Source: a virus. Taken from it: a DNA stretch of 64,000 nucleotides. Below, one piece after another: positions 1-8,732 of the stretch. The position numbers and the translations under genes were made by a program. Numbering within the stretch: position 1 is the stretch's first letter; each line of letters begins with the position of its first letter. The notes under the pieces were generated by a model, which ran no database searches, was not told the origin of the DNA, and saw nothing but the letters and a program-made list of their open reading frames with translations. The stretch covers positions 4,359 to 68,358 of IMG/VR virus record IMGVR_UViG_3300010397_000046; one strand, written 5' to 3'.

Positions 1-2
1 GG

Positions 3-611
3 ATTCTTCCAAGCAAGAAGTATATGGAATTCACGGAAAAAATCAGAACCTTCAAAGCGGAATTTACAAAAGAAATTGAGAACATTACGGACAACTATGC
101 TCTTTACATTGACAATAGCAGAAAAACAATGGGGAAAATGTTCAAGTTACACGAATATCCAACAGTATCAGACATAGAAGGAAAGTTTACATTTAATACA
201 GCGTTTATGCCTATGCCAGATGTTTCTGATTTCCGTATTGATTTGAATGATTCAGAGATAGCAAGGTTACAATCAGACATGCAAGCTAACATGGCATTGG
301 CTGAAAAAAACGCTATGAATGATCTATTCAAGCGACTTTATGATCGAATTGCAAAAGTTGTGGAAAGACTTTCCGACCCAGAAAACAGCTTTAAAGATTC
401 TTTGTTTGATAACTTGGAAGATTTGTTAAACCTGCTTCCTGAAATGAACATAACCGATAGCAAGGAATTGAAAGAAATCATCAAGGAAACTAAAACTAAA
501 GTTTTGAAAAATCCTGATTCAATCCGTCTTGATGATTCATTACGAGAAAAGACATATCAGGCGGCCCAAGAAATGTTGTCAAAAATTGAAGATTATAGCG
601 ATTGTTTTTGA
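3..611 (+). CDS. DUF3150-like protein, 5'-truncated by window edge
   Basis: Frame open from nt 3. 'EYPTVSDIEGKF...PMPDVSDFR' and 'LLPEMNITDS' pattern; adjacent to a VWA-peptidase gene. Confidence 0.55.
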   Translation: MLPSKKYMEFTEKIRTFKAEFTKEIENITDNYALYIDNSRKTMGKMFKLHEYPTVSDIEGKFTFNTAFMPMPDVSDFRIDLNDSEIARLQSDMQANMALAEKNAMNDLFKRLYDRIAKVVERLSDPENSFKDSLFDNLEDLLNLLPEMNITDSKELKEIIKETKTKVLKNPDSIRLDDSLREKTYQAAQEMLSKIEDYSDCF

Positions 612-665
612 TTTTTAAAGGGTAGTAGGTAAAAACGCTTACTACCCTTTGGAGGTATAAAAACA
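603..665 (+). other. Long intergenic RNA hairpin (putative processing/stability element)
   Basis: tgttttt..aaagggtagtagg / cttactacccttt..aaaaaca; lower stem needs G-U pairs. Confidence 0.6.
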
Positions 666-684
666 AAGCATACAGGGGGAAGAT

Positions 685-1962
685 ATGAAAGCAATGGATA
701 AGATGATTCAGGCAAGAAGCGCATTATTGTTAGATATGCCGTTTTTTGGCAATCTTTCACTGAAACTGGAATTGATAGAAGATGAAAAAGAAGAAACTAT
801 GGCGACTGATGGAGATTCAATCTTCTTCAATCCTGATTTTGTTTTAGGCATATCACTATATGATGTTAAAATGATAATTGCCCATGAAATTGGTCATATC
901 GTTTTAAATCATCATACACGGAGAGGAGATAGGGACTTAACAGAATGGAATTTATCTTGTGATTATGCTGATAATGCGTGGTTAAAATCCGGTGGAATGC
1001 AGATACCGGAATATTTAAAGTATTCCCCTGCATTTGATAATCAGAGTGCTGAAAAAATACATAAAGAGTTATTCGGGAAGAAAAAGAAAGAAGATGAAAA
1101 CGGAGATGATTCTGGGAAGCAAAATAAAGCCGGTCAAGACGATAAACAGCAAAGTCAAGGCAATGAACCGGATAAAGGTGATAAAGGCAATCAGGGGGGA
1201 AGTCAAGCGGCTTCCAATGATGATTCTAGTCAGTTTGAAAAAGATAAAACGCAGAAAGATAAATTAAGTAAAGCCGGTGGAGTGAAGGATGCAAAAGACG
1301 AAAAGGGAAATGATTTATCAGAATCAGAAAAAGCAGAAAAAGAACAGGAATGGCAAATTGCTGTTACACAGTCCGCTAACATGGCCGAGAAAGCAGGGGA
1401 ATTGCCTGGAGGAATTCGTAATTTTGTAACTGCTATGAATGAACCGAAACTTGATTGGAAAGAAGTTTTAAACAGATTCGTTTTGGAGCAAGTGCAGAAT
1501 GACTATTCATTTTCAAGACGGAATAGAAGATATAACGGAAATATTATCTTGCCGAGTCTTTACAATACGGAATTAAAACCGATTCTACTGGCAATTGATA
1601 CAAGTGGAAGTATCACTGAAGAAGATAAAAAGTTGTTTGCAAGTGAAGTTGAAGAAATCATTTATCAATTCAATTTGCCGGTCAATGTTGTTTATTGTGA
1701 TACTAAAATTAGACATACAGAAACATTTGATTTGGATACCTTGCCTGTTAAACTTGATTGCCGTGGCGGTGGAGGAACAAGATTTAAACCTGTTATGGAA
1801 TACATTGAAACATTAGAAGAAGCCCCAAGTTGTCTAGTGTATCTGACTGATTTAGAATGCTATGACTTTGGAAATGAACCGGATGTTCCAGTATTGTGGG
1901 TACAAACAAGGGGAAATATCAGAATGCCAGTTCCATTTGGGGAAGTTGTTTTACTGAAGTAA
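685..1962 (+). CDS. DUF2201-type metallopeptidase + VWA domain protein
   Basis: TMATDG, HEIGH (HExxH), MIDAS DTSGS, GGGGTRF and YLTD motifs; low-complexity linker. Confidence 0.85.
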   Translation: MKAMDKMIQARSALLLDMPFFGNLSLKLELIEDEKEETMATDGDSIFFNPDFVLGISLYDVKMIIAHEIGHIVLNHHTRRGDRDLTEWNLSCDYADNAWLKSGGMQIPEYLKYSPAFDNQSAEKIHKELFGKKKKEDENGDDSGKQNKAGQDDKQQSQGNEPDKGDKGNQGGSQAASNDDSSQFEKDKTQKDKLSKAGGVKDAKDEKGNDLSESEKAEKEQEWQIAVTQSANMAEKAGELPGGIRNFVTAMNEPKLDWKEVLNRFVLEQVQNDYSFSRRNRRYNGNIILPSLYNTELKPILLAIDTSGSITEEDKKLFASEVEEIIYQFNLPVNVVYCDTKIRHTETFDLDTLPVKLDCRGGGGTRFKPVMEYIETLEEAPSCLVYLTDLECYDFGNEPDVPVLWVQTRGNIRMPVPFGEVVLLK

Positions 1963-1975
1963 CTTTAAACAATAG

Positions 1976-1997
1976 CAGGGGGAATTTATTCCCCCTG
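1976..1997 (+). other. Short intergenic hairpin
   Basis: cagggggaat-tt-attccccctg. Confidence 0.5.
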
Positions 1998-2020
1998 ACT
2001 AAATCAAATCGGGGGAAGAT

Positions 2021-2353
2021 ATGAAAAAGATAATTGATGGCATTACGGTTATAACTAACAATCAGGAAAGGTTATTTTTATCATGGCATGAAATCCCAAA
2101 AAAGATCAGGCAAAAAGAATTCGATTGGATAACAGAGGAAAAAATAAATAATGCTGAAATGTCTGATATGTTTATCAAGTATAAAGGCACTTATTACAAT
2201 ATTGATGAATTTACAGCATTCAAAACATTTTCTGAAAATTGCCCATTTAAAGATTGGGCTGGATACATATCTGATTCTGCTTTCAGTGGAATATTGATTA
2301 AACTTCCAAAGTACAAAACAGAAACATACATTATCGGAAGATATTATCAATAA
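2021..2353 (+). CDS. hypothetical early protein
   Basis: GGGGGA SD, 110-aa ORF. Confidence 0.7.
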   Translation: MKKIIDGITVITNNQERLFLSWHEIPKKIRQKEFDWITEEKINNAEMSDMFIKYKGTYYNIDEFTAFKTFSENCPFKDWAGYISDSAFSGILIKLPKYKTETYIIGRYYQ

Positions 2354-2354
2354 C

Positions 2355-2414
2355 TTATTTGATGATTTGAAAGGCTAAAATCAAGCTGTTTTAGCCTTTC
2401 AGGTATTCAAGTAA
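2355..2414 (+). other. Long intergenic RNA hairpin
   Basis: ttatttga..atttgaaaggctaaaa / ttttagcctttcaggt..tcaagtaa with G-U pairs. Confidence 0.6.
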
Positions 2415-2497
2415 TAGTATGACAAGGGGAAAGGCATTTAACAAGCTATACCGGCTTATTTTATGCCTTCCATAACACAATACAAAAGGGGGAAAGT

Positions 2498-2593
2498 ATG
2501 AAAAAACACGAATGCATATTTATTGAGGTTAAAGAGGATGAAGGGACTTTTATTTGCATTATTTGTGGAAAAACAGTTCATCCAAGAACATAA
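2498..2593 (+). CDS. 31-aa zinc-ribbon microprotein (MKKHECIF...CIICGKTVHPRT)
   Basis: Hand-translated; GGGGGA SD; HxC...CxxC. Confidence 0.6.
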   Translation: MKKHECIFIEVKEDEGTFICIICGKTVHPRT

Positions 2594-2603
2594 GGGGGAA
2601 AGT

Positions 2604-2777
2604 ATGAATGAAGAGATAGAAAAGAAATTAAGCAGAATAGCGGATTATGCTTTTAGTATCAAAAATTCATCAAGTCACAAACACAAAAACAAAACTACCA
2701 AAGATACACTTGCTACATGGATTTTAAAAGAAGTTCGAGAAATAAAAGAAATTATGAAAGGAAAGGAAAACACATGA
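2604..2777 (+). CDS. hypothetical protein
   Basis: ATG 2604 after GGGGGA SD (the track start at 2523 is less likely). Confidence 0.6.
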   Translation: MNEEIEKKLSRIADYAFSIKNSSSHKHKNKTTKDTLATWILKEVREIKEIMKGKENT

Positions 2778-2890
2778 AAATTACATGGAAAGCAAAAGAC
2801 GGGAAAAATCAGTATAACTTTTATGGAACTATGGCAGAATTCAAAGAGACATTTCCTCATGCTGTAATAATCAAGAAAGGGGGGAAGTAA
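2774..2890 (+). CDS. 38-aa hypothetical protein (MKITWKAKDGK...)
   Basis: Hand-translated; ATGA and TAATG overlaps with neighbours. Confidence 0.5.
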   Translation: MKITWKAKDGKNQYNFYGTMAEFKETFPHAVIIKKGGK

Positions 2891-3660
2891 TGTTCATGCA
2901 AATTGGTGGAGTGGCTTGTGTCGTTTGGGCCGTATGTTACATTATCAAAGAAAACCAAAAAAAAGAAAAGGAGAATCAAGAAATGAACAAAATAGAATTG
3001 ACAACTACATTTAAACAATTACGGGAAAATGGAGCATGTATGAAAGGTTATAATAAACTTGTAAGAGCTGTTCAAAATAAACCTTTTACTGAAAAAGATG
3101 AACAACGGGAAAGTTATATTATTTATAAACATGATAAACCCATAAATCTTTTAACTATTCTCGAAAGCAATGGAGTAGATGATTGTTTGTGGTCATTGCG
3201 TGTGGTAATTCACAATGATGTTGATAAAATTGCACGTTATATTGCCCATGATTGTGCAATGAAATGTTTGAATAATTTTGAACAATGTTATCCAAATGAT
3301 ATGCGCCCACGAAAAGCTATTGAAGCATGTTTGCAATTTGCAAACGGGGAAATAACACAAGATGAATTAAAGTCAGCAGCAGAGTCAGCAGAGTCAGCAG
3401 AGTCAGCAGCATGGTCAGCAGCATGGTCAGCAGCAAGGTCAGCAGCATGGTCAGCAGCAGAGTCAGCAGCAGAGTCAGCATGGTCAGCAGCAGAGTCAGC
3501 AGCAGAGTCAGCAGCAAGGTCAGCAGCAGAGTCAGCATGGTCAGCAGCAGAGTCAGCAGCAGAGTCAGCAGCAGAGTCAGCATGGTCAGCAGCAAGGTCA
3601 GCAGCAGAGTCAGCAGCAAGGTCAGCGCAAATTGAAATCATTAAAAAATATCTTTGTTAA
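2890..3660 (+). CDS. Imm5-like domain protein with xSAA tandem repeats (alternative start 2983)
   Basis: 'FEQCYPNDMRPRKAIEA' resembles Imm5-like phage proteins; C-terminal Ala-rich repeats. Confidence 0.6.
   Translation: MFMQIGGVACVVWAVCYIIKENQKKEKENQEMNKIELTTTFKQLRENGACMKGYNKLVRAVQNKPFTEKDEQRESYIIYKHDKPINLLTILESNGVDDCLWSLRVVIHNDVDKIARYIAHDCAMKCLNNFEQCYPNDMRPRKAIEACLQFANGEITQDELKSAAESAESAESAAWSAAWSAARSAAWSAAESAAESAWSAAESAAESAARSAAESAWSAAESAAESAAESAWSAARSAAESAARSAQIEIIKKYLC
3370..3627 (+). repeat. Coding tandem array of 23 units NNG-TCA-GCA(-GCA), 9 or 12 nt
   Basis: Read directly; first codon varies among GAG/TGG/AGG (AAG in unit 1). Confidence 0.95.
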
Positions 3661-3678
3661 AAATTAATGGAGGAAAAA

Positions 3679-3774
3679 ATGTTTCCAGTAATTGTTATCG
3701 TATGCCTTGCATTGCTAAATGTGATAGTAAAATCCAATAGGAGACACAAAAGGAGTGTCAAAAGGAAACATTGA
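3679..3774 (+). CDS. 31-aa membrane microprotein (MFPVIVIVCLALLNVIVKSNRRHKR...)
   Basis: GGAGG SD; hydrophobic N-half, basic tail. Confidence 0.55.
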   Translation: MFPVIVIVCLALLNVIVKSNRRHKRSVKRKH

Positions 3775-3785
3775 AGGAGACTATT

Positions 3786-3980
3786 ATGGAAAATGCAAAA
3801 GTAAACAATCTATTAAGAACTGCATTTATCAAAGGCTTCTTGTGTAGTAGTAATGATTTCAATGCTCAACTATCCTTTAACCGTAACAGAAAGAAAATCA
3901 AAGAGCATAGGGGATTTAACGAACTGATGGAAAGGGAATTGACAAACATCAAACTGAAGGAAAGAACAAAACACGTTTGA
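3786..3980 (+). CDS. hypothetical protein
   Basis: AAGGAG SD before ATG 3786. Confidence 0.6.
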   Translation: MENAKVNNLLRTAFIKGFLCSSNDFNAQLSFNRNRKKIKEHRGFNELMERELTNIKLKERTKHV

Positions 3981-4036
3981 TAGTTTCTAAAGGGGAATAG
4001 ATTCAACGTCTATTCCCTTTTGTAGATGTATCAAAC
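3975..4036 (+). other. Long intergenic RNA hairpin
   Basis: gtttgata..tcta.aaggggaatag / ctattcccttt..taga..tatcaaac. Confidence 0.6.
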
Positions 4037-4052
4037 AATCAAAGGGGGATTT

Positions 4053-4226
4053 ATGAAAAAGCCTATCACGGTTATTAGTGACATGGGAACAAAGTATAAA
4101 ATCTATCATTATTTTTATTCAGTAAAACGGGCAAATTTATTTATGGAAATAAATAAAAATTATGGTGTTTTGTGCGTTAGAGGAAAAAGAATATATCTTG
4201 AAAAATTAGACAACAAGGGGGAATAA
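4053..4226 (+). CDS. hypothetical protein
   Basis: GGGGGA SD before ATG 4053. Confidence 0.6.
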   Translation: MKKPITVISDMGTKYKIYHYFYSVKRANLFMEINKNYGVLCVRGKRIYLEKLDNKGE

Positions 4227-4227
4227 A

Positions 4228-4401
4228 ATGAAGAAAAGAAAATTGATGGAATTAGCGGTTGAATTATCATTGGAAGTTCTTGACTGTCATTCTGATATGG
4301 TAGACAGGGGAATAATGTTTAATAAGTATTCCGATAAAAACGGCAATTGTATTTGTGTTACATGCAGGAAAGCCAGAAAGTTTTTAAAGAAGGTGTACTA
4401 A
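4228..4401 (+). CDS. 57-aa Cys-containing hypothetical protein
   Basis: Hand-translated MKKRKLMEL...CICVTCRKARK; GGGGGA SD. Confidence 0.55.
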   Translation: MKKRKLMELAVELSLEVLDCHSDMVDRGIMFNKYSDKNGNCICVTCRKARKFLKKVY

Positions 4402-4517
4402 AACATGGAACTAACCTTTGAGGATGTTTGTATATTTTGTGATATGTTTGAAGTCTGGGCGTTTGAACCGGAAAACGGTGGAATTATAATCTATGTTTGA
4501 AAAGAGAGGACAAAACA

Positions 4518-4697
4518 ATGACAATACACGAATGCTGTAAACCTTACAAAGATGTAAATAAAACAACTTCAATTGTTCATTATGCACAAACAACTAAAGA
4601 AGCCATAGAATGGTTAGAATCAAACGGAGGGGGTATCTATAAAAATACACTTCACAAGTACCAATTTGATGTTGCTGCTAAATCACAATCATCTTAA
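4518..4697 (+). CDS. hypothetical protein
   Basis: GAGG SD before ATG 4518. Confidence 0.5.
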   Translation: MTIHECCKPYKDVNKTTSIVHYAQTTKEAIEWLESNGGGIYKNTLHKYQFDVAAKSQSS

Positions 4698-4738
4698 CGG
4701 CAATATTATCATAGAAATCTAAAGGGGGAAAATTCATT

Positions 4739-5005
4739 ATGGGAAAATTCGGATGGAGTTTACCGGCAGGATGCGGAACATTACCTGGAGAAGAATCAGA
4801 AGGCCCATGCCAAGTTTGTGGGGCTTTTGATGTAGATGATTGTATTTGTCCTGAATGTCCTATCTGTACAGAAATTGGAAATCCTGATTGCTATGATGAA
4901 CACGGATTAGAAAGAAACTTGAAACAGATAGAAGGCAAAAGAGCATATGAAGAATATATCAAACAAATGACAAGCGGGGAAATCTATCACAAGGAAGAAT
5001 ATTAA
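4739..5005 (+). CDS. Cys-rich metal-binding protein
   Basis: FGWSLPAGC N-terminus; CQVC..CICPECPIC..C..H. Confidence 0.65.
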   Translation: MGKFGWSLPAGCGTLPGEESEGPCQVCGAFDVDDCICPECPICTEIGNPDCYDEHGLERNLKQIEGKRAYEEYIKQMTSGEIYHKEEY

Positions 5006-5015
5006 GGGGGAAATC

Positions 5016-5411
5016 ATGTCACGTATAACAAGCCCAGATCAAATTGAAATTGGAATGAAAGTATTTTATGCAAGATGTATTGGGGAATGTTTCATATCAT
5101 CCTACACAATTACCTCCAAACCTTATATTGATAAAAATGTAAATTTATTATTTGTTGATTGGGACAATGGAGATTATCACTTAGGTAGTTTCAGTTTAGA
5201 TGATTGTAATGTTATTACAAATAGCTACAACAAACACAGACTATACACAAAAGAAGAAGAAGCAAAAGCGTACATACAATACATGAAAAGAAGAAATTTA
5301 GTCCCAGGTTATAATATTGGTACGTGGGATGATTATGATGATTATTCAGATGATTTTGATTATAACTATGGTGATTGCGATGAACCAACACATCTAAAAG
5401 AAGAATATTGA
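5016..5411 (+). CDS. hypothetical protein, acidic C-terminus
   Basis: GGGGGA SD, 131 aa. Confidence 0.65.
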   Translation: MSRITSPDQIEIGMKVFYARCIGECFISSYTITSKPYIDKNVNLLFVDWDNGDYHLGSFSLDDCNVITNSYNKHRLYTKEEEAKAYIQYMKRRNLVPGYNIGTWDDYDDYSDDFDYNYGDCDEPTHLKEEY

Positions 5412-5415
5412 AAAT

Positions 5416-5451
5416 AAAATCCCCCTTGTCGAATAGGCGAGGGGGATTTTT
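5416..5451 (+). terminator. Rho-independent terminator ending early block
   Basis: aaaatcccccttgtc-gaata-ggcgagggggattttt. Confidence 0.75.
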
Positions 5452-5505
5452 GCGTATATAGTGAAAGGTATAATTTATTGAAATCAGTATAACATTTTGT
5501 TTTTA

Positions 5506-5534
5506 TTGCAAAACAACATAGTTTTAGATATAGT
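5506..5534 (+). promoter_or_regulatory. sigma70-type promoter
   Basis: TTGCAA-17 nt-TATAGT upstream of SNF2 gene. Confidence 0.6.
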
Positions 5535-5569
5535 CGAACGAAAAACGAACAAAAACGAGGTTTAAAGGC

Positions 5570-7033
5570 ATGAACAAGCTAGAACGAATCAAGGCATTAT
5601 ACGGGAAGAAAAAGCCCGCTACAAAGAGAATACAGCACGTTCCAAGGGATGTATTCAAACCGACAGGCAAGCTAACAATCAAAAACATATCTGCAACACC
5701 TTATGACTTTCAATTGCATGGAGTGGAATTCATAAATCATCATAACGGCAATTGCATACTAGGTGATGATATGGGTCTGGGGAAAACAGCACAAATACTG
5801 ATGTTCCTACATCACAATCCAAAAATCAGACCGGCTTTAATCATTTGCAAATCTACTTTGAAACTAAAGTGGGCTAGAGAAACATTTATGTTTATGGAAA
5901 GGAGTAAAGGAAACACAGCGTATGTATTGAATGGAAGAGTTAAAAAGGATATTCAGGAAATCTCTTTAACAGGTGAAGGAAAGATACAGGAAACAATCAG
6001 AAAGGTTTTACCCGATACCGGAATATTTATTATTAACTACGATATTTTGGATAGTTGGGTAAAAGAACTTGTAAAACTATTTCCAATACACATAACACTT
6101 GATGAAGCGCACAATATAAAATCTGTCAAAACAAACCGATACAAAGCATTGAAGACGATCAGGAAGAAAACAAGGAACACTAAAATCATTCCGACTACAG
6201 GAACACTATTAGAAAACCGTCCCATGGATTTATACAATGCAATATCAATGGTGAATCCGAACATATTTAAAAACAAGTTGTACTTTGGAAAAAGATACTG
6301 TGGCGGAAAGAAAAACGGATTTGGTTGGGATTTTTCAGGCAAAAGTAATACTGATGAATTGCATCATATCCTTTCTAGTATCATGATTCGTAGAAAGAAA
6401 GAAGATGTATTGAAAGAACTTCCAAGTAAAACTCGTATTGTTATTCCATTGAAGATAGACATGAAACAATATAATAAAATTGAATGCTACGAATCTGGCC
6501 CAGCAAAACGGGAAAAGTTGTTACAGGAAGCTGCAAGAGGAAAACTTGATGCAGCTATGGATTGGATAGAAGAGTTTTTATCATCCGGTGAAAAACTAGT
6601 TGTATTTGCATATCACAAAGAAATAGTGGAGAAAATCTATCAGGAATTTAAACCGTGGGCAATCAAGGTTGACGGAAGTACAAAAGCAAGAGATAAGCAA
6701 AACGCTGAAGAGGAATTCCAAACGAACAAAAAGGTATGTTTGCTTGTAGGAAATATCAAGAGTGCAGGGGAAGGCTTGACTTTAACAAAAGCATACGCTA
6801 CAGCGACGATAGAGCTATTGGATCATACTCCTTCTTTGCATTTACAAGCAGAAGATAGAGTATTGCGAATCGGTCAAGATGCTGATGCAGTTTTTGCCTA
6901 TTACTTTATGGCTATCGGAACTATTGATGAAGAAAATATTGCAGAGCTACAAAAGCGTAGTAAAATAGCGGCTGAAGTTATGGACGGAAAAGATGTTGGA
7001 GACTTCACAATCAAAAGGGGGAAAACAAAATGA
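5570..7033 (+). CDS. SNF2-family (HARP-like) helicase
   Basis: DDMGLGKT, LDEAH, TGTLLEN, AGEGLTL, QAEDRVLRIGQ. Confidence 0.92.
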   Translation: MNKLERIKALYGKKKPATKRIQHVPRDVFKPTGKLTIKNISATPYDFQLHGVEFINHHNGNCILGDDMGLGKTAQILMFLHHNPKIRPALIICKSTLKLKWARETFMFMERSKGNTAYVLNGRVKKDIQEISLTGEGKIQETIRKVLPDTGIFIINYDILDSWVKELVKLFPIHITLDEAHNIKSVKTNRYKALKTIRKKTRNTKIIPTTGTLLENRPMDLYNAISMVNPNIFKNKLYFGKRYCGGKKNGFGWDFSGKSNTDELHHILSSIMIRRKKEDVLKELPSKTRIVIPLKIDMKQYNKIECYESGPAKREKLLQEAARGKLDAAMDWIEEFLSSGEKLVVFAYHKEIVEKIYQEFKPWAIKVDGSTKARDKQNAEEEFQTNKKVCLLVGNIKSAGEGLTLTKAYATATIELLDHTPSLHLQAEDRVLRIGQDADAVFAYYFMAIGTIDEENIAELQKRSKIAAEVMDGKDVGDFTIKRGKTK

Positions 7034-7131
7034 AATGTCCAAGTTGTGGTAAAAAAGGAATGCCTGGATGGAAATGTGTTCATTGTGGTGCTGTAATCCC
7101 ACAAAAAGGGGATTACTATGGCAAGAACTAA
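7030..7131 (+). CDS. 33-aa zinc-ribbon microprotein
   Basis: Hand-translated MKCPSCG...KCVHCGAV; ATGA overlap; GGGGGA SD. Confidence 0.65.
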   Translation: MKCPSCGKKGMPGWKCVHCGAVIPQKGDYYGKN

Positions 7132-7588
7132 AGGGATAGCAAAGAAACTTCCAACAATAGTCAAATCAATTGAATACCGTGATGGGGTTATTGCTAAAAT
7201 GTCTGATGGAACAATACAAGCAATCATCACGTTACAAACAAGCAAAGGCATTTATGATGAATTCAGGGACGTAGTTTCAAACAGGGCTGAAGGGCAAGCA
7301 TTCATTGATTTATGTTTACACAAACAATGGGAGGAAAATCAACCTAAGAAGTCTAGCCGTACAAAAGGAGTTCCCCAAAAGAAAATGAAAGAACAAAATC
7401 CAGAAGGACCATATGCAGGATACATGAAACACCCTCCAACTACGTGTGAGCATCAGGCAATAGATAAAGATAAGATTCATTGGGCAGACGTTTACTTTTG
7501 CGCCTATAAATGCACAGTACGGGCTGATTGTCCTTGTGCGGAAGTATTGAGGGGAAGTTTACAACATAAAATAGCAAGGGGGGAATAA
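7118..7588 (+). CDS. hypothetical protein, MARTKG N-terminus, C-terminal Cys cluster
   Basis: ORF with SD; internal KKSSRTKGV; CAYKC...CPC. Confidence 0.7.
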   Translation: MARTKGIAKKLPTIVKSIEYRDGVIAKMSDGTIQAIITLQTSKGIYDEFRDVVSNRAEGQAFIDLCLHKQWEENQPKKSSRTKGVPQKKMKEQNPEGPYAGYMKHPPTTCEHQAIDKDKIHWADVYFCAYKCTVRADCPCAEVLRGSLQHKIARGE

Positions 7589-7884
7589 TGCTTGATTTCA
7601 TGTATGATCATACAAAAACAACAATAGCTATTATAATAGTTATTATGGTTGTTCTTATTTATTCCTTGATTGTAGCATCTAAAAAAGAAAGAAAAGAATG
7701 GGAATCATTTGCATTAGAACACAATTGTAAACCAACTGCTTACATGAAAGGAGGAATGCATTTGGGATTTGGCAACACTATTAATGCAAACGGAACAACA
7801 GGAACAAATATGATTATGATTACTGAACCTGATAAAACCTGCTACACCTGTGATGATGGTAAGCAGTATTGGAGGGAAAACTGA
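7588..7884 (+). CDS. membrane-anchored hypothetical protein
   Basis: N-terminal TM helix; CYTCDDG..YWR C-terminus. Confidence 0.7.
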   Translation: MLDFMYDHTKTTIAIIIVIMVVLIYSLIVASKKERKEWESFALEHNCKPTAYMKGGMHLGFGNTINANGTTGTNMIMITEPDKTCYTCDDGKQYWREN

Positions 7885-8150
7885 TGATTCTACAGGGAAG
7901 AATTCTTTACAACCTGAAACAAAAAGTACCTGAATTGGAATATGATCATAAGTATAAATTTGTAACAAATCATCCTTATTCAATTCTATTAGACATCAAA
8001 CTAGGAGAGCATGGATTTACATTACATCACATGGGCAAAAGAATCTACGTAAGGAGGTTGACGGAAAAGGAAATCAAAGACAGGGAAGATCAGGAATTTT
8101 TGGAATTCAAATCAGGTAATTGGGGAGGAAAACAAGATGATAGTAATTGA
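7884..8150 (+). CDS. hypothetical protein
   Basis: TGATG overlap, GGAGG SD. Confidence 0.55.
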   Translation: MILQGRILYNLKQKVPELEYDHKYKFVTNHPYSILLDIKLGEHGFTLHHMGKRIYVRRLTEKEIKDREDQEFLEFKSGNWGGKQDDSN

Positions 8151-8340
8151 CTTAAAACCTTCAGTACAAGAATGGAAACCTAAAACAGTATCAATGACAT
8201 TTGAAACAAGAGAGGATGTTTTGATGTTTAGGGAAATGGTAGATAAGATGGAATCAGTTCCAAATTTGAAATACAATATTGAGTCTATGGAAACAATAGG
8301 CAATTTTCAAATAATGTGTGAGCAATTACTCAAAAACTAA
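8137..8340 (+). CDS. hypothetical protein
   Basis: GGAGG SD. Confidence 0.55.
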   Translation: MIVIDLKPSVQEWKPKTVSMTFETREDVLMFREMVDKMESVPNLKYNIESMETIGNFQIMCEQLLKN

Positions 8341-8347
8341 AAGGAGA

Positions 8348-8731
8348 ATGAGCGTGGAGAACAAATCAACGGAACTTCTGGAAAGCATGATAGGAAACAT
8401 TGTAAAGGATGAAGTAAAAAAGGCTGAAGAGGATAAGGGGGAAAACCTTAAAACTACTGTGTTGATTCATACGCTGATACACAGGCTACAGGTAATGACA
8501 GGCTATCATGTAGCGGTGCAATTTTCCGTGAATCAGGATAATCTTGGATATGTCATTCTTGCAGATCATCCTGAACATCCTGAACAATCAAAAGCATTTC
8601 CCGTTTGGTTTAAACCGGAAGACATGGAAAACATGACAGATGCAGAAATGATTTCCAAAACCTTCATTGATATATTTGCTGAAATTGAAGGTATTACAAA
8701 AACAGAAAAGAAAATCATCTTGGAGGGATAA
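8348..8731 (+). CDS. hypothetical protein
   Basis: ORF in operon; start uncertain. Confidence 0.6.
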   Translation: MSVENKSTELLESMIGNIVKDEVKKAEEDKGENLKTTVLIHTLIHRLQVMTGYHVAVQFSVNQDNLGYVILADHPEHPEQSKAFPVWFKPEDMENMTDAEMISKTFIDIFAEIEGITKTEKKIILEG

Positions 8732-8732
8732 C

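Noticed and set aside
3370-3627. CRISPR array or DGR variable region
   Set aside because: Units are 9-12 nt with no spacers and stay in frame; no cas or reverse transcriptase gene and no TR/VR pair seen
3288-3641. Alternative-frame and antisense ORFs over the repeat
   Set aside because: By-products of a stop-free repeat; no SD
603-4036. Integron attC sites
   Set aside because: No consistent RYYYAAC/GTTRRRY ends, no integron integrase, and the G-U pairing favours RNA structure
4739-5005. PHD finger as reader of the ARTK tag
   Set aside because: Cys/His spacing does not fit C4HC3
7118-7135. Histone H3 mimicry (ARTK equals H3 residues 1-4)
   Set aside because: Identity stops at residue 4, the host appears bacterial, and no SET/chromo/PHD gene is visible; kept only as a generic tag hypothesis
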